In this document: one piece after another, positions 40,801 to 55,800 of the stretch
How the letters are laid out: each line of letters begins with the position of its first letter
How positions within the stretch are numbered: the first letter of the stretch is position 1
Assembly: GCA_964057225.1 (NCBI GenBank)
Contig: CAXKVF010000075.1
Location: 124,001-188,000 of the forward strand
DNA: 64,000 nt
Reading direction: 5' to 3'
Origin: Auanema rhodensis
Taxonomy: Eukaryota; Animalia; Nematoda
Notes under the pieces: generated by a model
Told to the model about the DNA's origin: nothing
Databases searched by the model: none
What the model saw: only the letters and a program-made list of their open reading frames with translations
Position numbers and translations under genes: made by a program

Positions 40801-43800
40801 CACGTAAATTTCAAAGTCATGGTTACCATGAACCAATATCAATAAAAATTTGTTTTTAGACTAATATGGACATGGGGAATCTAATTTTGAAAACCGCATC
40901 TCTTTATCTTTCACGTGAAGCGAGTTACATACCAAGTGCACATCACGTGTACATTTAATTAGCATAAATTAAAGTTCACGTAAATTTCAAAGTCATGGTT
41001 ACCATGCACCAATATCAATAAAAATTTGTTTTTAGACTAATATGGACATGGGGAATCTAATTTTGAAAACCGCATCTCTTTATCTTTCACGTGAAGCGAG
41101 TTACATACCAAGTGCACATCACGTGTACATTTAATTAGCATAAATTAAAGTTCACGTAAATTTCAAAGTCATGGTTACCATGAACCAATATCAATAAAAA
41201 TTTGTTTTTAGACTAATATCGACATGGGGAATCTAATTTTGAAAACCGCATCTCTTCATCTTTCACGTGAAGCGAGTTACATACCAAGTACACATCACGT
41301 GTACATTTAATTAGCATAAATTAAAGTTCACGTAAATTTCAAAGTCATGGTTACCATGCACAAATATCAAAAAAATTTGTTTTTAGACTAATATGGACAT
41401 GGGGAATCTAATTTTGAAAACCGCATCTCTTTATCTTTCACGTGAAGCGAGTTACATACCAAGTGCACATCACGTGTACATTTAATTAGCATAAATTAAA
41501 GTTCACGTAAATTTCAAAGTCATGGTTACCATGCACCAATATCAATAAAAATTTGTTTTTAGACTAATATGGACATGGGGAATCTAATTTTGAAAACCGC
41601 ATCTCTTTATCTTTCACGTGGAGCGAGTTACATACCAAGTGCACATCACGTGTACATTTAATTAGCATAAATTAAAGTTCACGTAAATTTCAAAGTCATG
41701 GTTACCATGAAGCAATATCAATAAAAATTTGTTTTTAGACTAATATGGACATGGGGAATCTAATTTTGAAAACCGCATCTCTTTATCTTTCACGTGAAGC
41801 GAGTTACATACCAAGTGCACATCACGTGTACATTTAATTAGCATAAATTAAAGTTCACGTAAATTTCAAAGTCATGGTTACCATGAAGCAATATCAATAA
41901 AAATTTGTTTTTAGACTAATATGGACATGGGGAATCTAATTTTGAAAACCGCATCTCTTTATCTTTCACGTGAAGCGAGTTACATACCAAGTGCACATCA
42001 CGTGTACATTTAATTAGCATAAATTAAAGTTCACGTAAATTTCAAAGTCATGGTTACCATGAACCAATATCAATAAAAATTTGTTTTTAGACTAATATGG
42101 ACATGGGGAATCTAATTTTGAAAACCGCATTTCTTTATCTTTTACGTGAAGCGAGTTACATACCAAGAGCACATCACGTGTACATTTAATTAGCATAAAT
42201 TAAAGTTCACGTAAATTTCAAAGTCATGGTTACCATGAACCAATATCAATAAAAATTTGTTTTTAGACTAATATGGACATGGGGAATCTAATTTTGAAAA
42301 CCGCATCTCTTTATCTTTCACGTGAAGCGAGTTACATACCAAGTGCACATCACGTGTACATTTAATTAGCATAAATTAAAGTTCACGTAAATTTCAAAGT
42401 CATGGTTACCATGCACCAATATCAATAAAAATTTGTTTTTAGACTAATATGGACATGGGGAATCTAATTTTGAAAACCGCATCTCTTTATCTTTCACGTG
42501 AAGCGAGTTACATACCAAGTGCACATCACGTGTACATTTAATTAGCATAAATTAAAGTTCACGTAAATTTCAAAGTCATGGTTACCATGAACCAATATCA
42601 ATAAAAATTTGTTTTTAGACTAATATCGACATGGGGAATCTAATTTTGAAAACCGCATCTCTTCATCTTTCACGTGAAGCGAGTTACATACCAAGTACAC
42701 ATCACGTGTACATTTAATTAGCATAAATTAAAGTTCACGTAAATTTCAAAGTCATGGTTACCATGCACAAATATCAAAAAAATTTGTTTTTAGACTAATA
42801 TGGACATGGGGAATCTAATTTTGAAAACCGCATCTCTTTATCTTTCACGTGAAGCGAGTTACATACCAAGTGCACATCACGTGTACATTTAATTAGCATA
42901 AATTAAAGTTCACGTAAATTTCAAAGTCATGGTTACCATGCACCAATATCAATAAAAATTTGTTTTTAGACTAATATGGACATGGGGAATCTAATTTTGA
43001 AAACCGCATCTCTTTATCTTTCACGTGGAGCGAGTTACATACCAAGTGCACATCACGTGTACATTTAATTAGCATAAATTAAAGTTCACGTAAATTTCAA
43101 AGTCATGGTTACCATGAAGCAATATCAATAAAAATTTGTTTTTAGACTAATATGGACATGGGGAATCTAATTTTGAAAACCGCATCTCTTTATCTTTCAC
43201 GTGAAGCGAGTTACATACCAAGTGCACATCACGTGTACATTTAATTAGCATAAATTAAAGTTCACGTAAATTTCAAAGTCATGGTTACCATGAAGCAATA
43301 TCAATAAAAATTTGTTTTTAGACTAATATGGACATGGGGAATCTAATTTTGAAAACCGCATCTCTTTATCTTTCACGTGAAGCGAGTTACATACCAAGTG
43401 CACATCACGTGTACATTTAATTAGCATAAATTAAAGTTCACGTAAATTTCAAAGTCATGGTTACCATGAACCAATATCAATAAAAATTTGTTTTTAGACT
43501 AATATGGACATGGGGAATCTAATTTTGAAAACCGCATTTCTTTATCTTTCACGTGAAGCGAGTTACATACCAAGAGCACATCACGTGTACATTTAATTAG
43601 CATAAATTAAAGTTCACGTAAATTTCAAAGTCATGGTTACCATGAAGCAATATCAATAAAAATTTGTTTTTAGACTAATATGGACATGGGGAATCTAATT
43701 TTGAAAACCGCATCTCTTTATCTTTCACGTGAAGCGAGTTACATACCAAGTGCACATCACGTGTACATTTAATTAGCATAAATTAAAGTTCACGTAAATT

Positions 43801-46800
43801 TCAAAGTCATGGTTACCATGAAGCAATATCAATAAAAATTTGTTTTTAGACTAATATGGACATGGGAAATCTAATTTTGAAAACCGCATATCTTTATCTT
43901 TCACGTGAAGCGAGTTACATACCAAGTGCACATCACGTGTACATTTAATTAGCATAAATTAAAGTTCACGCAAATTTCAAAGTCATGGTTACCATGAACC
44001 AATATCAATAAAAATTTGTTTTTAGACTAATATGGACATGGGGAATCTAATTTTGAAAACCGCATCTCTTTATCTTTCACGTGAAGCGAGTTACATACCA
44101 AGTGCACATCACGTGTACATTTAATTAGCATAAATTAAAGTTCACGTAAATTTCAAAGTCATGGTTACCATGAACTAATATCAATAAAAATTTGTTTTTA
44201 GACTAATATGGACATGGGGAATCTAATTTTGAAAACCGCATCTCTTCATCTTTCACGTGAAGCGAGTTACATACCAAGTGCACATCACGTGTACATTTAA
44301 TTAGCATAAATTAAAGTTCACGTAAATTTCAAAGTCATGGTTACCATGCACCAATATCAATAAAAATTTGTTTTTAGACTAATATGGACATGGGGAATCT
44401 AATTTTGAAAACCGCATCTCTTTATCTTTCACGTGAAGCGAGTTACATACCAAGTGCACATCACGTGTACATTTAATTAGCATAAATTAAAGTTCACGTA
44501 AATTTCAAAGTCATGGTTACCATGCACCAATATCAATAAAAATTTGTTTTTAGACTAATATGGACATGGGGAATCTAATTTTGAAAACCGCATCTCTTTA
44601 TCTTTCACGTGAAGCGAGTTACATACCAAGTGCACATCACGTGTACATTTAATTAGCATAAATTAAAGTTCACGTAAATTTCAAAGTCATGGTTACCATG
44701 CACCAATATCAATAAAAATTTGTTTTTAGACTAATATGGACATGGGGAATCTAATTTTGAAAACCGCATCTCTTTATCTTTCACGTGAAGCGAGTTACAT
44801 ACCAAGTGCACATCACGTGTACATTTAATTAGCATAAATTAAAGTTCACGTAAATTTCAAAGTCATGGTTACCATGCACCAATATCAATAAAAATTTGTT
44901 TTTAGACTAATATGGACATGGGGAATCTAATTTTGAAAACCGCATCTCTTTATCTTTCACGTGAAGCGAGTTACATACCAAGTGCACATCACGTGTACAT
45001 TTAATTAGCATAAATTAAAGTTCACGTAAATTTCAAAGTCATGGTTACCATGAACCAATATCAATAAAAATTTGTTTTTAGACTAATATGGACATGGGGA
45101 ATCTAATTTTGAAAACCGCATCTCTTTATCTTTCACGTGAAGCGAGTTACATACCAAGTGCACATCACGTGTACATTTAATTAGCATAAATTAAAGTTCA
45201 CGTAAATTTCAAAGTCATGGTTACCATGAACCAATATCAATAAAAATTTGTTTTTAGACTAATATGGACATGGGGAATCTAATTTTGAAAACCGCATCTC
45301 TTTATCTTTCACGTGAAGCGAGTTACATACCAAGTGCACATCACGTGTACATTTAATTAGCATAAATTAAAGTTCACGTAAATTTCAAAGTCATGGTTAC
45401 CATGAACCAATATCAATGAAAATTTGTTTTTAGACTAATATGGACATGGGGAATCTAATTTTGAAAACCGCATTTCTTTATCTTTCACGTGAAGCGAGTT
45501 ACATACCAAGTGCACATCACGTGTACATTTAATTAGCATAAATTAAAGTTCACGTAAAATTCAAAGTCATGGTTACCATGAACCAATATCAATAAAAATT
45601 TGTTTTTAGACTAATATGGACATGGGGAATCTAATTTTGAAAACCGCATCTCTTTATCTTTCACGTGAAGCGAGTTACATACCAAGTGCACATCACGTGT
45701 ACATTTAATTAGCATAAATTAAAGTTCACGTAAATTTCAAAGTCATGGTTACCATGAAGCAATATCAATAAAAATTTGTTTTTAGACTAATATGGACATG
45801 GGGAATCTAATTTTGAAAACCGCATCTCTTTATCTTTCACGTGAAGCGAGTTACATACCAAGTGCACATCACGTGTACATTTAATTAGCATAAATTAAAG
45901 TTCACGTAAAATTCAAAGTCATGGTTACCATGAACCAATATCAATAAAAATTTGTTTTTAGACTAATATGGACATGGGGAATCTAATTTTGAAAACCGCA
46001 TCTCTTTATCTTTCACGTGAAGCGAGTTACATACCAAGTGCACATCACGTGTACATTTAATTAGCATAAATTAAAGTTCACGTAAATTTCAAAGTCATGG
46101 TTACCATGAAGCAATATCAATAAAAATTTGTTTGTAGACTAATATGGACATGAGGAATCTAATTTTGAAAACCGCATCTCTTTATCTTTCACGTGAAGCG
46201 AGTTACATACCAAGTGCACATCACGTGTACATTTAATTAGCATTAATTAAAGTTCACGTAAATTTCAAAGTCATGGTTACCATGAACCAATATCAATAAA
46301 AATTTGTTTTTAGACTAATATGGACATGGGGAATCTAATTTTGAAAACCGCATCTCTTTATCTTTCAAGTGAAGCGAGTTACATACCAAGTGCACATCAC
46401 GTGTACATTTAATTAGCATAAATTAAAGTTCACGTAAATTTCAAAGTCATGGTTACCATGAAGCAATATCAATAAAAATTTGTTTTTAGACTAATATGGA
46501 CATGGGGAATCTAATTTTGAAAACCGCATCTCTTTATCTTTCACGTGAAGCGAGTTACATACCAAGTGCACATCACGTGTACATTTAATTAGCATAAATT
46601 AAAGTTCACGTAAATTTCAAAGTCATGGTTACCATGAAGCAATATCAATAAAAATTTGTTTTTAGACTAATATGGACATGGGGAATCTAATTTTGAAAAC
46701 CGCATCTCTTTATCTTTCACGTGAAGCGAGTTACATACCAAGTGCACATCACGTGTACATTTAATTAGCATAAATTAAAGTTCACGTAAATTTCAAAGTC

Positions 46801-49800
46801 ATGGTTACCATGCACCAATATCAATAAAAATTTGTTTTTAGACTAATATGGACATGGGGAATCTAATTTTGAAAACCGCATCTCTTTATCTTTCACGTGA
46901 AGCGAGTTACATACCAAGTGCACATCACGTGTACATTTAATTAGCATAAATTAAAGTTCACGTAAATTTCAAAGTCATGGTTACCATGCACCAATATCAA
47001 TAAAAATTTGTTTTTAGACTAATATGGACATGGGGAATCTAATTTTGAAAACCGCATCTCTTTATCTTTCACGTGAAGCGAGTTACATACCAAGTGCACA
47101 TCACGTGTACATTTAATTAGCATAAATTAAAGTTCACGTAAATTTCAAAGTCATGGTTACCATGCACCAATATCAATAAAAATTTGTTTTTAGACTAATA
47201 TGGACATGGGGAATCTAATTTTGAAAACCGCATCTCTTTATCTTTCACGTGAAGCGAGTTACATACCAAGTGCACATCACGTGTACATTTAATTAGCATA
47301 AATTAAAGTTCACGTAAATTTCAAAGTCATGGTTACCATGCACCAATATCAATAAAAATTTGTTTTTAGACTAATATGGACATGGGGAATCTAATTTTGA
47401 AAACCGCATCTCTTTATCTTTCACGTGAAGCGAGTTACATACCAAGTGCACATCACGTGTACATTTAATTAGCATAAATTAAAGTTCACGTAAATTTCAA
47501 AGTCATGGTTACCATGAACCAATATCAATAAAAATTTGTTTTTAGACTAATATGGACATGGGGAATCTAATTTTGAAAACCGCATCTCTTTATCTTTCAC
47601 GTGAAGCGAGTTACATACCAAGTGCACATCACGTGTACATTTAATTAGCATAAATTAAAGTTCACGTAAATTTCAAAGTCATGGTTACCATGAACCAATA
47701 TCAATGAAAATTTGTTTTTAGACTAATATGGACATGGGGAATCTAATTTTGAAAACCGCATTTCTTTATCTTTCACGTGAAGCGAGTTACATACCAAGTG
47801 CACATCACGTGTACATTTAATTAGCATAAATTAAAGTTCACGTAAAATTCAAAGTCATGGTTACCATGAACCAATATCAATAAAAATTTGTTTTTAGACT
47901 AATATGGACATGGGGAATCTAATTTTGAAAACCGCATCTCTTTATCTTTCACGTGAAGCGAGTTACATACCAAGTGCACATCACGTGTACATTTAATTAG
48001 CATAAATTAAAGTTCACGTAAATTTCAAAGTCATGGTTACCATGAAGCAATATCAATAAAAATTTGTTTTTAGACTAATATGGACATGGGGAATCTAATT
48101 TTGAAAACCGCATCTCTTTATCTTTCACGTGAAGCGAGTTACATACCAAGTGCACATCACGTGTACATTTAATTAGCATAAATTAAAGTTCACGTAAAAT
48201 TCAAAGTCATGGTTACCATGAACCAATATCAATAAAAATTTGTTTTTAGACTAATATGGACATGGGGAATATAATTTTGAAAACCGCATCTCTTTATCTT
48301 TCACGTGAAGCGAGTTACATACCAAGTGCACATCACGTGTACATTTAATTAGCATAAATTAAAGTTCACGTAAATTTCAAAGTCATGGTTACCATGAAGC
48401 AATATCAATAAAAATTTGTTTGTAGACTAATATGGACATGAGGAATCTAATTTTGAAAACCGCATCTCTTTATATTTCACGTGAAGCGAGTTACATACCA
48501 AGTGCACATCACGTGTACATTTAATTAGCATAAATTAAAGTTCACGTAAATTTCAAAGTCATGGTTACCATGAAGCAATATCAATAAAAATTTGTTTTTA
48601 GACTAATATGGACATGGGGAATCTAATTTTGAAAACCGCATCTCTTTATCTTTCACGTGAAGCGAGTTACATACCAAGTGCACATCACGTGTACATTTAA
48701 TTAGCATAAATTAAAGTTCACGTAAAATTCAAAGTCATGGTTACCATGAACCAATATCAATAAAAATTTGTTTTTAGACTAATATGGACATGGGGAATCT
48801 AATTTTGAAAACCGCATCTCTTTATCTTTCACGTGAAGCGAGTTACATACCAAGTGCACATCACGTGTACATTTAATTAGCATAAATTAAAGTTCACGTA
48901 AATTTCAAAGTCATGGTTACCATGAAGCAATATCAATAGAAATTTGTTTGTAGACTAATATGGACATGAGGAATCTAATTTTGAAAACCGCATCTCTTTA
49001 TCTTTCACGTGAAGCGAGTTACATACCAAGTGCACATCACGTGTACATTTAATTAGCATTAATTAAAGTTCACGTAAATTTCAAAGTCATGGTTACCATG
49101 AACCAATATCAATAAAAATTTGTTTTTAGACTAATATGGACATGGGGAATCTAATTTTGAAAACCGCATCTCTTTATCTTTCACGTGAAGCGAGTTACAT
49201 ACCAAGTGCACATCACGTGTACATTTAATTAGCATAAATTAAAGTTCACGTAAATTTCAAAGTCATGGTTACCATGAAGCAATATCAATAAAAGTTTGTT
49301 TTTAGACTAATATGGACATGGGGAATCTAATTTTGAAAACCGCATCTCTTTATCTTTCACGTGAAGCGAGTTACATACCAAGTGCACATCACGTGTACAT
49401 TTAATTAGCATAAATTAAAGTTCACGTAAATTTCAAAGTCATGGTTACCATGAAGCAATATCAATAAAAATTTGTTTTTAGACTAATATGGACATGGGGA
49501 ATCTAATTTTGAAAACCGCATCTCTTTATCTTTCACGTGAAGCGAGTTACATACCAAGTGCACATCACGTGTACATTTAATTAGCATTAATTAAAGTTCA
49601 CGTAAATTTCAAAGTCATGGTTACCATGAACCAATATCAATAAAAATTTGTTTTTAGACTAATATGGACATGGGGAATCTAATTTTGAAAACCGCATCTC
49701 TTTATCTTTCACGTGAAGCGAGTTACATACCAAGTGCACATCACGTGTACATTTAATTAGCATAAATTAAAGTTCACGTAAATTTCAAAGTCATGGTTAC

Positions 49801-52800
49801 CATGAACCAATATCAATAAAAATTTGTTTTTAGACTAATATGGACATGGGGAATCTAATTTTGAAAACCGCATCTCTTTATCTTTCACGTGAAGCGAGTT
49901 ACATACCAAGTGCACATCACGTGTACATTTAATTAGCATAAATTAAAGTTCACGTAAATTTCAAAGTCATGGTTACCATGAAGCAATATCAATAAAAGTT
50001 TGTTTTTAGACTAATATGGACATGGGGAATCTAATTTTGAAAACCGCATCTCTTTATCTTTCACGTGAAGCGAGTTACATACCAAGTGCACATCACGTGT
50101 ACATTTAATTAGCATAAATTAAAGTTCACGTAAATTTCAAAGTCATGGTTACCATGAAGCAATATCAATAAAAATTTGTTTTTAGACTAATATGGACATG
50201 GGGAATCTAATTTTGAAAACCGCATCTCTTTATCTTTCACGTGAAGCGAGTTACATACCAAGTGCACATCACGTGTACATTTAATTAGCATTAATTAAAG
50301 TTCACGTAAATTTCAAAGTCATGGTTACCATGAACCAATATCAATAAAAATTTGTTTTTAGACTAATATGGACATGGGGAATCTAATTTTGAAAACCGCA
50401 TCTCTTTATCTTTCACGTGAAGCGAGTTACATACCAAGTGCACATCACGTGTACATTTAATTAGCATAAATTAAAGTTCACGTAAATTTCAAAGTCATGG
50501 TTACCATGAACCAATATCAATAGAAATTTGTTTGTAGACTAATATGGACATGAGGAATCTAATTTTGAAAACCGCATCTCTTTATCTTTCACGTGAAGCG
50601 AGTTACATACCAAGTGCACATCACGTGTACATTTAATTAGCATAAATTAAAGTTCACGTAAATTTCAAAGTCATGGTTACCATGAAGCAATATCAATAAA
50701 AATTTGTTTGTAGACTAATATGGACATGAGGAATCTAATTTTGAAAACCGCATCTCTTTATCTTTCACGTGAAGCGAGTTACATACCAAGTGCACATCAC
50801 GTGTACATTTAATTAGCATAAATTAAAGTTCACGTAAATTTCAAAGTCATGGTTACCATGAAGCAATATCAATAAAAATTTGTTTTTAGACTAATATGGA
50901 CATGGGGAATCTAATTTTGAAAACCGCATCTCTTTATCTTTCACGTGAAGCGAGTTACATACCAAGTGCACATCACGTGTACATTTAATTAGCATAAATT
51001 AAAGTTCACGTAAAATTCAAAGTCATGGTTACCATGAACCAATATCAATAAAAATTTGTTTTTAGACTAATATGGACATGGGGAATCTAATTTTGAAAAC
51101 CGCATCTCTTTATCTTTCACGTGAAGCGAGTTACATACCAAGTGCACATCACGTGTACATTTAATTAGCATAAATTAAAGTTCACGTAAATTTCAAAGTC
51201 ATGGTTACCATGAAGCAATATCAATAGAAATTTGTTTGTAGACTAATATGGACATGAGGAATCTAATTTTGAAAACCGCATCTCTTTATCTTTCACGTGA
51301 AGCGAGTTACATACCAAGTGCACATCACGTGTACATTTAATTAGCATTAATTAAAGTTCACGTAAATTTCAAAGTCATGGTTACCATGAACCAATATCAA
51401 TAAAAATTTGTTTTTAGACTAATATGGACATGGGGAATCTAATTTTGAAAACCGCATCTCTTTATCTTTCACGTGAAGCGAGTTACATACCAAGTGCACA
51501 TCACGTGTACATTTAATTAGCATAAATTAAAGTTCACGTAAATTTCAAAGTCATGGTTACCATGAAGCAATATCAATAAAAGTTTGTTTTTAGACTAATA
51601 TGGACATGGGGAATCTAATTTTGAAAACCGCATCTCTTTATCTTTCACGTGAAGCGAGTTACATACCAAGTGCACATCACGTGTACATTTAATTAGCATA
51701 AATTAAAGTTCACGTAAATTTCAAAGTCATGGTTACCATGAAGCAATATCAATAAAAGTTTGTTTTTAGACTAATATGGACATGGGGAATCTAATTTTGA
51801 AAACCGCATCTCTTTATCTTTCACGTGAAGCGAGTTACATACCAAGTGCACATCACGTGTACATTTAATTAGCATAAATTAAAGTTCACGTAAATTTCAA
51901 AGTCATGGTTACCATGAACCAATATCAATAAAAATTTGTTTTTAGACTAATATGGACATGGGGAATCTAATTTTGAAAACCGCATCTCTTCATCTTTCAC
52001 GTGAAGCGAGTTACATACCAAGTGCACATCACGTGTACATTTAATTAGCATAAATTAAAGTTCACGTAAATTTCAAAGTCATGGTTACCATGAAGCAATA
52101 TCAATAAAAATTTGTTTTTAGACTAATATGGACATGAGGAATCTAATTTTGAAAACCGCATCTCTTTATCTTTCACGTGAAGCGAGTTACATACCAAGTG
52201 CACATCACGTGTACATTTAATTAGCATTAATTAAAGTTCACGTAAATTTCAAAGTCATGGTTACCATGAACCAATATCAATAAAAATTTGTTTTTAGACT
52301 AATATGGACATGGGGAATCTAATTTTGAAAACCGCATCTCTTTATCTTTCACGTGAAGCGAGTTACATACCAAGTGCACATCACGTGTACATTTAATTAG
52401 CATTAATTAAAGTTCACGTAAATTTCAAAGTCATGGTTACCATGAAGCAATATCAATAAAAATTTGTTTTTAGACTAATATGGACATGGGGAATCTAATT
52501 TTGAAAACCGCATCTCTTTATCTTTCACGTGAAGCGAGTTACATACCAAGTGCACATCACGTGTACATTTAATTAGCATAAATTAAAGTTCACGTAAAAT
52601 TCAAAGTCATGGTTACCATGAACCAATATCAATAAAAATTTGTTTTTAGACTAATATGGACATGGGGAATCTAATTTTGAAAACCGCATCTCTTTATCTT
52701 TCACTTGAAGCGAGTTACATACCAAGTGCACATCACGTGTACATTTAATTAGCATAAATTAAAGTTCACGTAAATTTCAAAGTCATGGTTACCATGAAGC

Positions 52801-55800
52801 AATATCAATAAAAATTTGTTTGTAGACTAATATGGACATGAGGAATCTAATTTTGAAAACCGCATCTCTTTATCTTTCACGTGAAGCGAGTTACATACCA
52901 AGTGCACATCACGTGTACATTTAATTAGCATTAATTAAAGTTCACGTAAATTTCAAAGTCATGGTTACCATGAACCAATATCAATAAAAATTTGTTTTTA
53001 GACTAATATGGACATGGGGAGTCTAATTTTGAAAACCGCATCTCTTTATCTTTCACGTGAAGCGAGTTACATACCAAGTGCACATCACGTGTACATTTAA
53101 TTAGCATAAATTAAAGTTCACGTAAATTTCAAAGTCATGGTTACCATGAAGCAATATCAATAAAAATTTGTTTGTAGACTAATATGGACATGAGGAATCT
53201 AATTTTGAAAACCGCATCTCTTTATCTTTCACGTGAAGCGAGTTACATACCAAGTGCACATCACGTGTACATTTAATTAGCATAAATTAAAGTTCACGTA
53301 AATTTCAAAGTCATGGTTACCATGAAGCAATATCAATAAAAATTTGTTTTTAGACTAATATGGACATGGGGAATCTAATTTTGAAAACCGCATCTCTTTA
53401 TCTTTCACGTGAAGCGAGTTACATACCAAGTGCACATCACGTGTACATTTAATTAGCATTAATTAAAGTTCACGTAAATTTCAAAGTCATGGTTACCATG
53501 AACCAATATCAATAAAAATTTGTTTTTAGACTAATATGGACATGGGGAATCTAATTTTGAAAACCGCATCTCTTTATCTTTCACGTGAAGCGAGTTACAT
53601 ACCAAGTGCACATCACGTGTACATTTAATTAGCATAAATTAAAGTTCACGTAAATTTCAAAGTCATGGTTACCATGAAGCAATATCAATAAAAGTTTGTT
53701 TTTAGACTAATATGGACATGGGGAATCTAATTTTGAAAACCGCATCTCTTTATCTTTCACGTGAAGCGAGTTACATACCAAGTGCACATCACGTGTACAT
53801 TTAATTAGCATTAATTAAAGTTCACGTAAATTTCAAAGTCATGGTTACCATGAACCAATATCAATAAAAATTTGTTTTTAGACTAATATGGACATGGGGA
53901 ATCTAATTTTGAAAACCGCATCTCTTTATCTTTCACGTGAAGCGAGTTACATACCAAGTGCACATCACGTGTACATTTAATTAGCATAAATTAAAGTTCA
54001 CGTAAATTTCAAAGTCATGGTTACCATGAAGCAATATCAATAAAAATTTGTTTTTAGACTAATATGGACATGGGGAATCTAATTTTGAAAACCGCATCTC
54101 TTTATCTTTCACGTGAAGCGAGTTACATACCAAGTGCACATCACGTGTACATTTAATTAGCATTAATTAAAGTTCACGTAAATTTCAAAGTCATGGTTAC
54201 CATGAACCAATATCAATAAAAATTTGTTTTTAGACTAATATGGACATGGGGAATCTAATTTTGAAAACCGCATCTCTTTATCTTTCACGTGAAGCGAGTT
54301 ACATACCAAGTGCACATCACGTGTACATTTAATTAGCATAAATTAAAGTTCACGTAAATTTCAAAGTCATGGTTACCATGAACCAATATTAATAAAAATT
54401 TGTTTTTAGACTAATATGGACATGAGGAATCTAATTTTGAAAACCGCATCTCTTTATCTTTCACGTGAAGCGAGTTACATACCAAGTGCACATCACGTGT
54501 ACATTTAATTAGCATTAATTAAAGTTCACGTAAATTTCAAAGTCATGGTTACCATGAACCAATATCAATAAAAATTTGTTTTTAGACTAATATGGACATG
54601 GGGAATCTAATTTTGAAAACCGCATCTCTTTATCTTTCACGTGAAGCGAGTTACATACCAAGTGCACATCACGTGTACATTTAATTAGCATTAATTAAAG
54701 TTCACGTAAATTTCAAAGTCATGGTTACCATGAAGCAATATCAATAAAAATTTGTTTTTAGACTAATATGGACATGGGGAATCTAATTTTGAAAACCGCA
54801 TCTCTTTATCTTTCACGTGAAGCGAGTTACATACCAAGTGCACATCACGTGTACATTTAATTAGCATAAATTAAAGTTCACGTAAAATTCAAAGTCATGG
54901 TTACCATGAACCAATATCAATAAAAATTTGTTTTTAGACTAATATGGACATGGGGAATCTAATTTTGAAAACCGCATCTCTTTATCTTTCACGTGAAGCG
55001 AGTTACATACCAAGTGCACATCACGTGTACATTTAATTAGCATAAATTAAAGTTCACGTAAATTTCAAAGTCATGGTTACCATGAAGCAATATCAATAAA
55101 AATTTGTTTGTAGACTAATATGGACATGAGGAATCTAATTTTGAAAACCGCATCTCTTTATCTTTCACGTGAAGCGAGTTACATACCAAGTGCACATCAC
55201 GTGTACATTTAATTAGCATTAATTAAAGTTCACGTAAATTTCAAAGTCATGGTTACCATGAACCAATATCAATAAAAATTTGTTTTTAGACTAATATGGA
55301 CATGGGGAATCTAATTTTGAAAACCGCATCTCTTTATCTTTCACGTGAAGCGAGTTACATACCAAGTGCACATCACGTGTACATTTAATTAGCATAAATT
55401 AAAGTTCACGTAAATTTCAAAGTCATGGTTACCATGAAGCAATATCAATAAAAATTTGTTTGTAGACTAATATGGACATGAGGAATCTAATTTTGAAAAC
55501 CGCATCTCTTTATCTTTCACGTGAAGCGAGTTACATACCAAGTGCACATCACGTGTACATTTAATTAGCATTAATTAAAGTTCACGTAAATTTCAAAGTC
55601 ATGGTTACCATGAACCAATATCAATAAAAATTTGTTTTTAGACTAATATGGACATGGGGAATCTAATTTTGAAAACCGCATCTCTTTATCTTTCACGTGA
55701 AGCGAGTTACATACCAAGTGCACATCACGTGTACATTTAATTAGCATAAGTTAAAGTTCACGTAAATTTCAAAGTCATGGTTACCATGAAGCAATATCAA

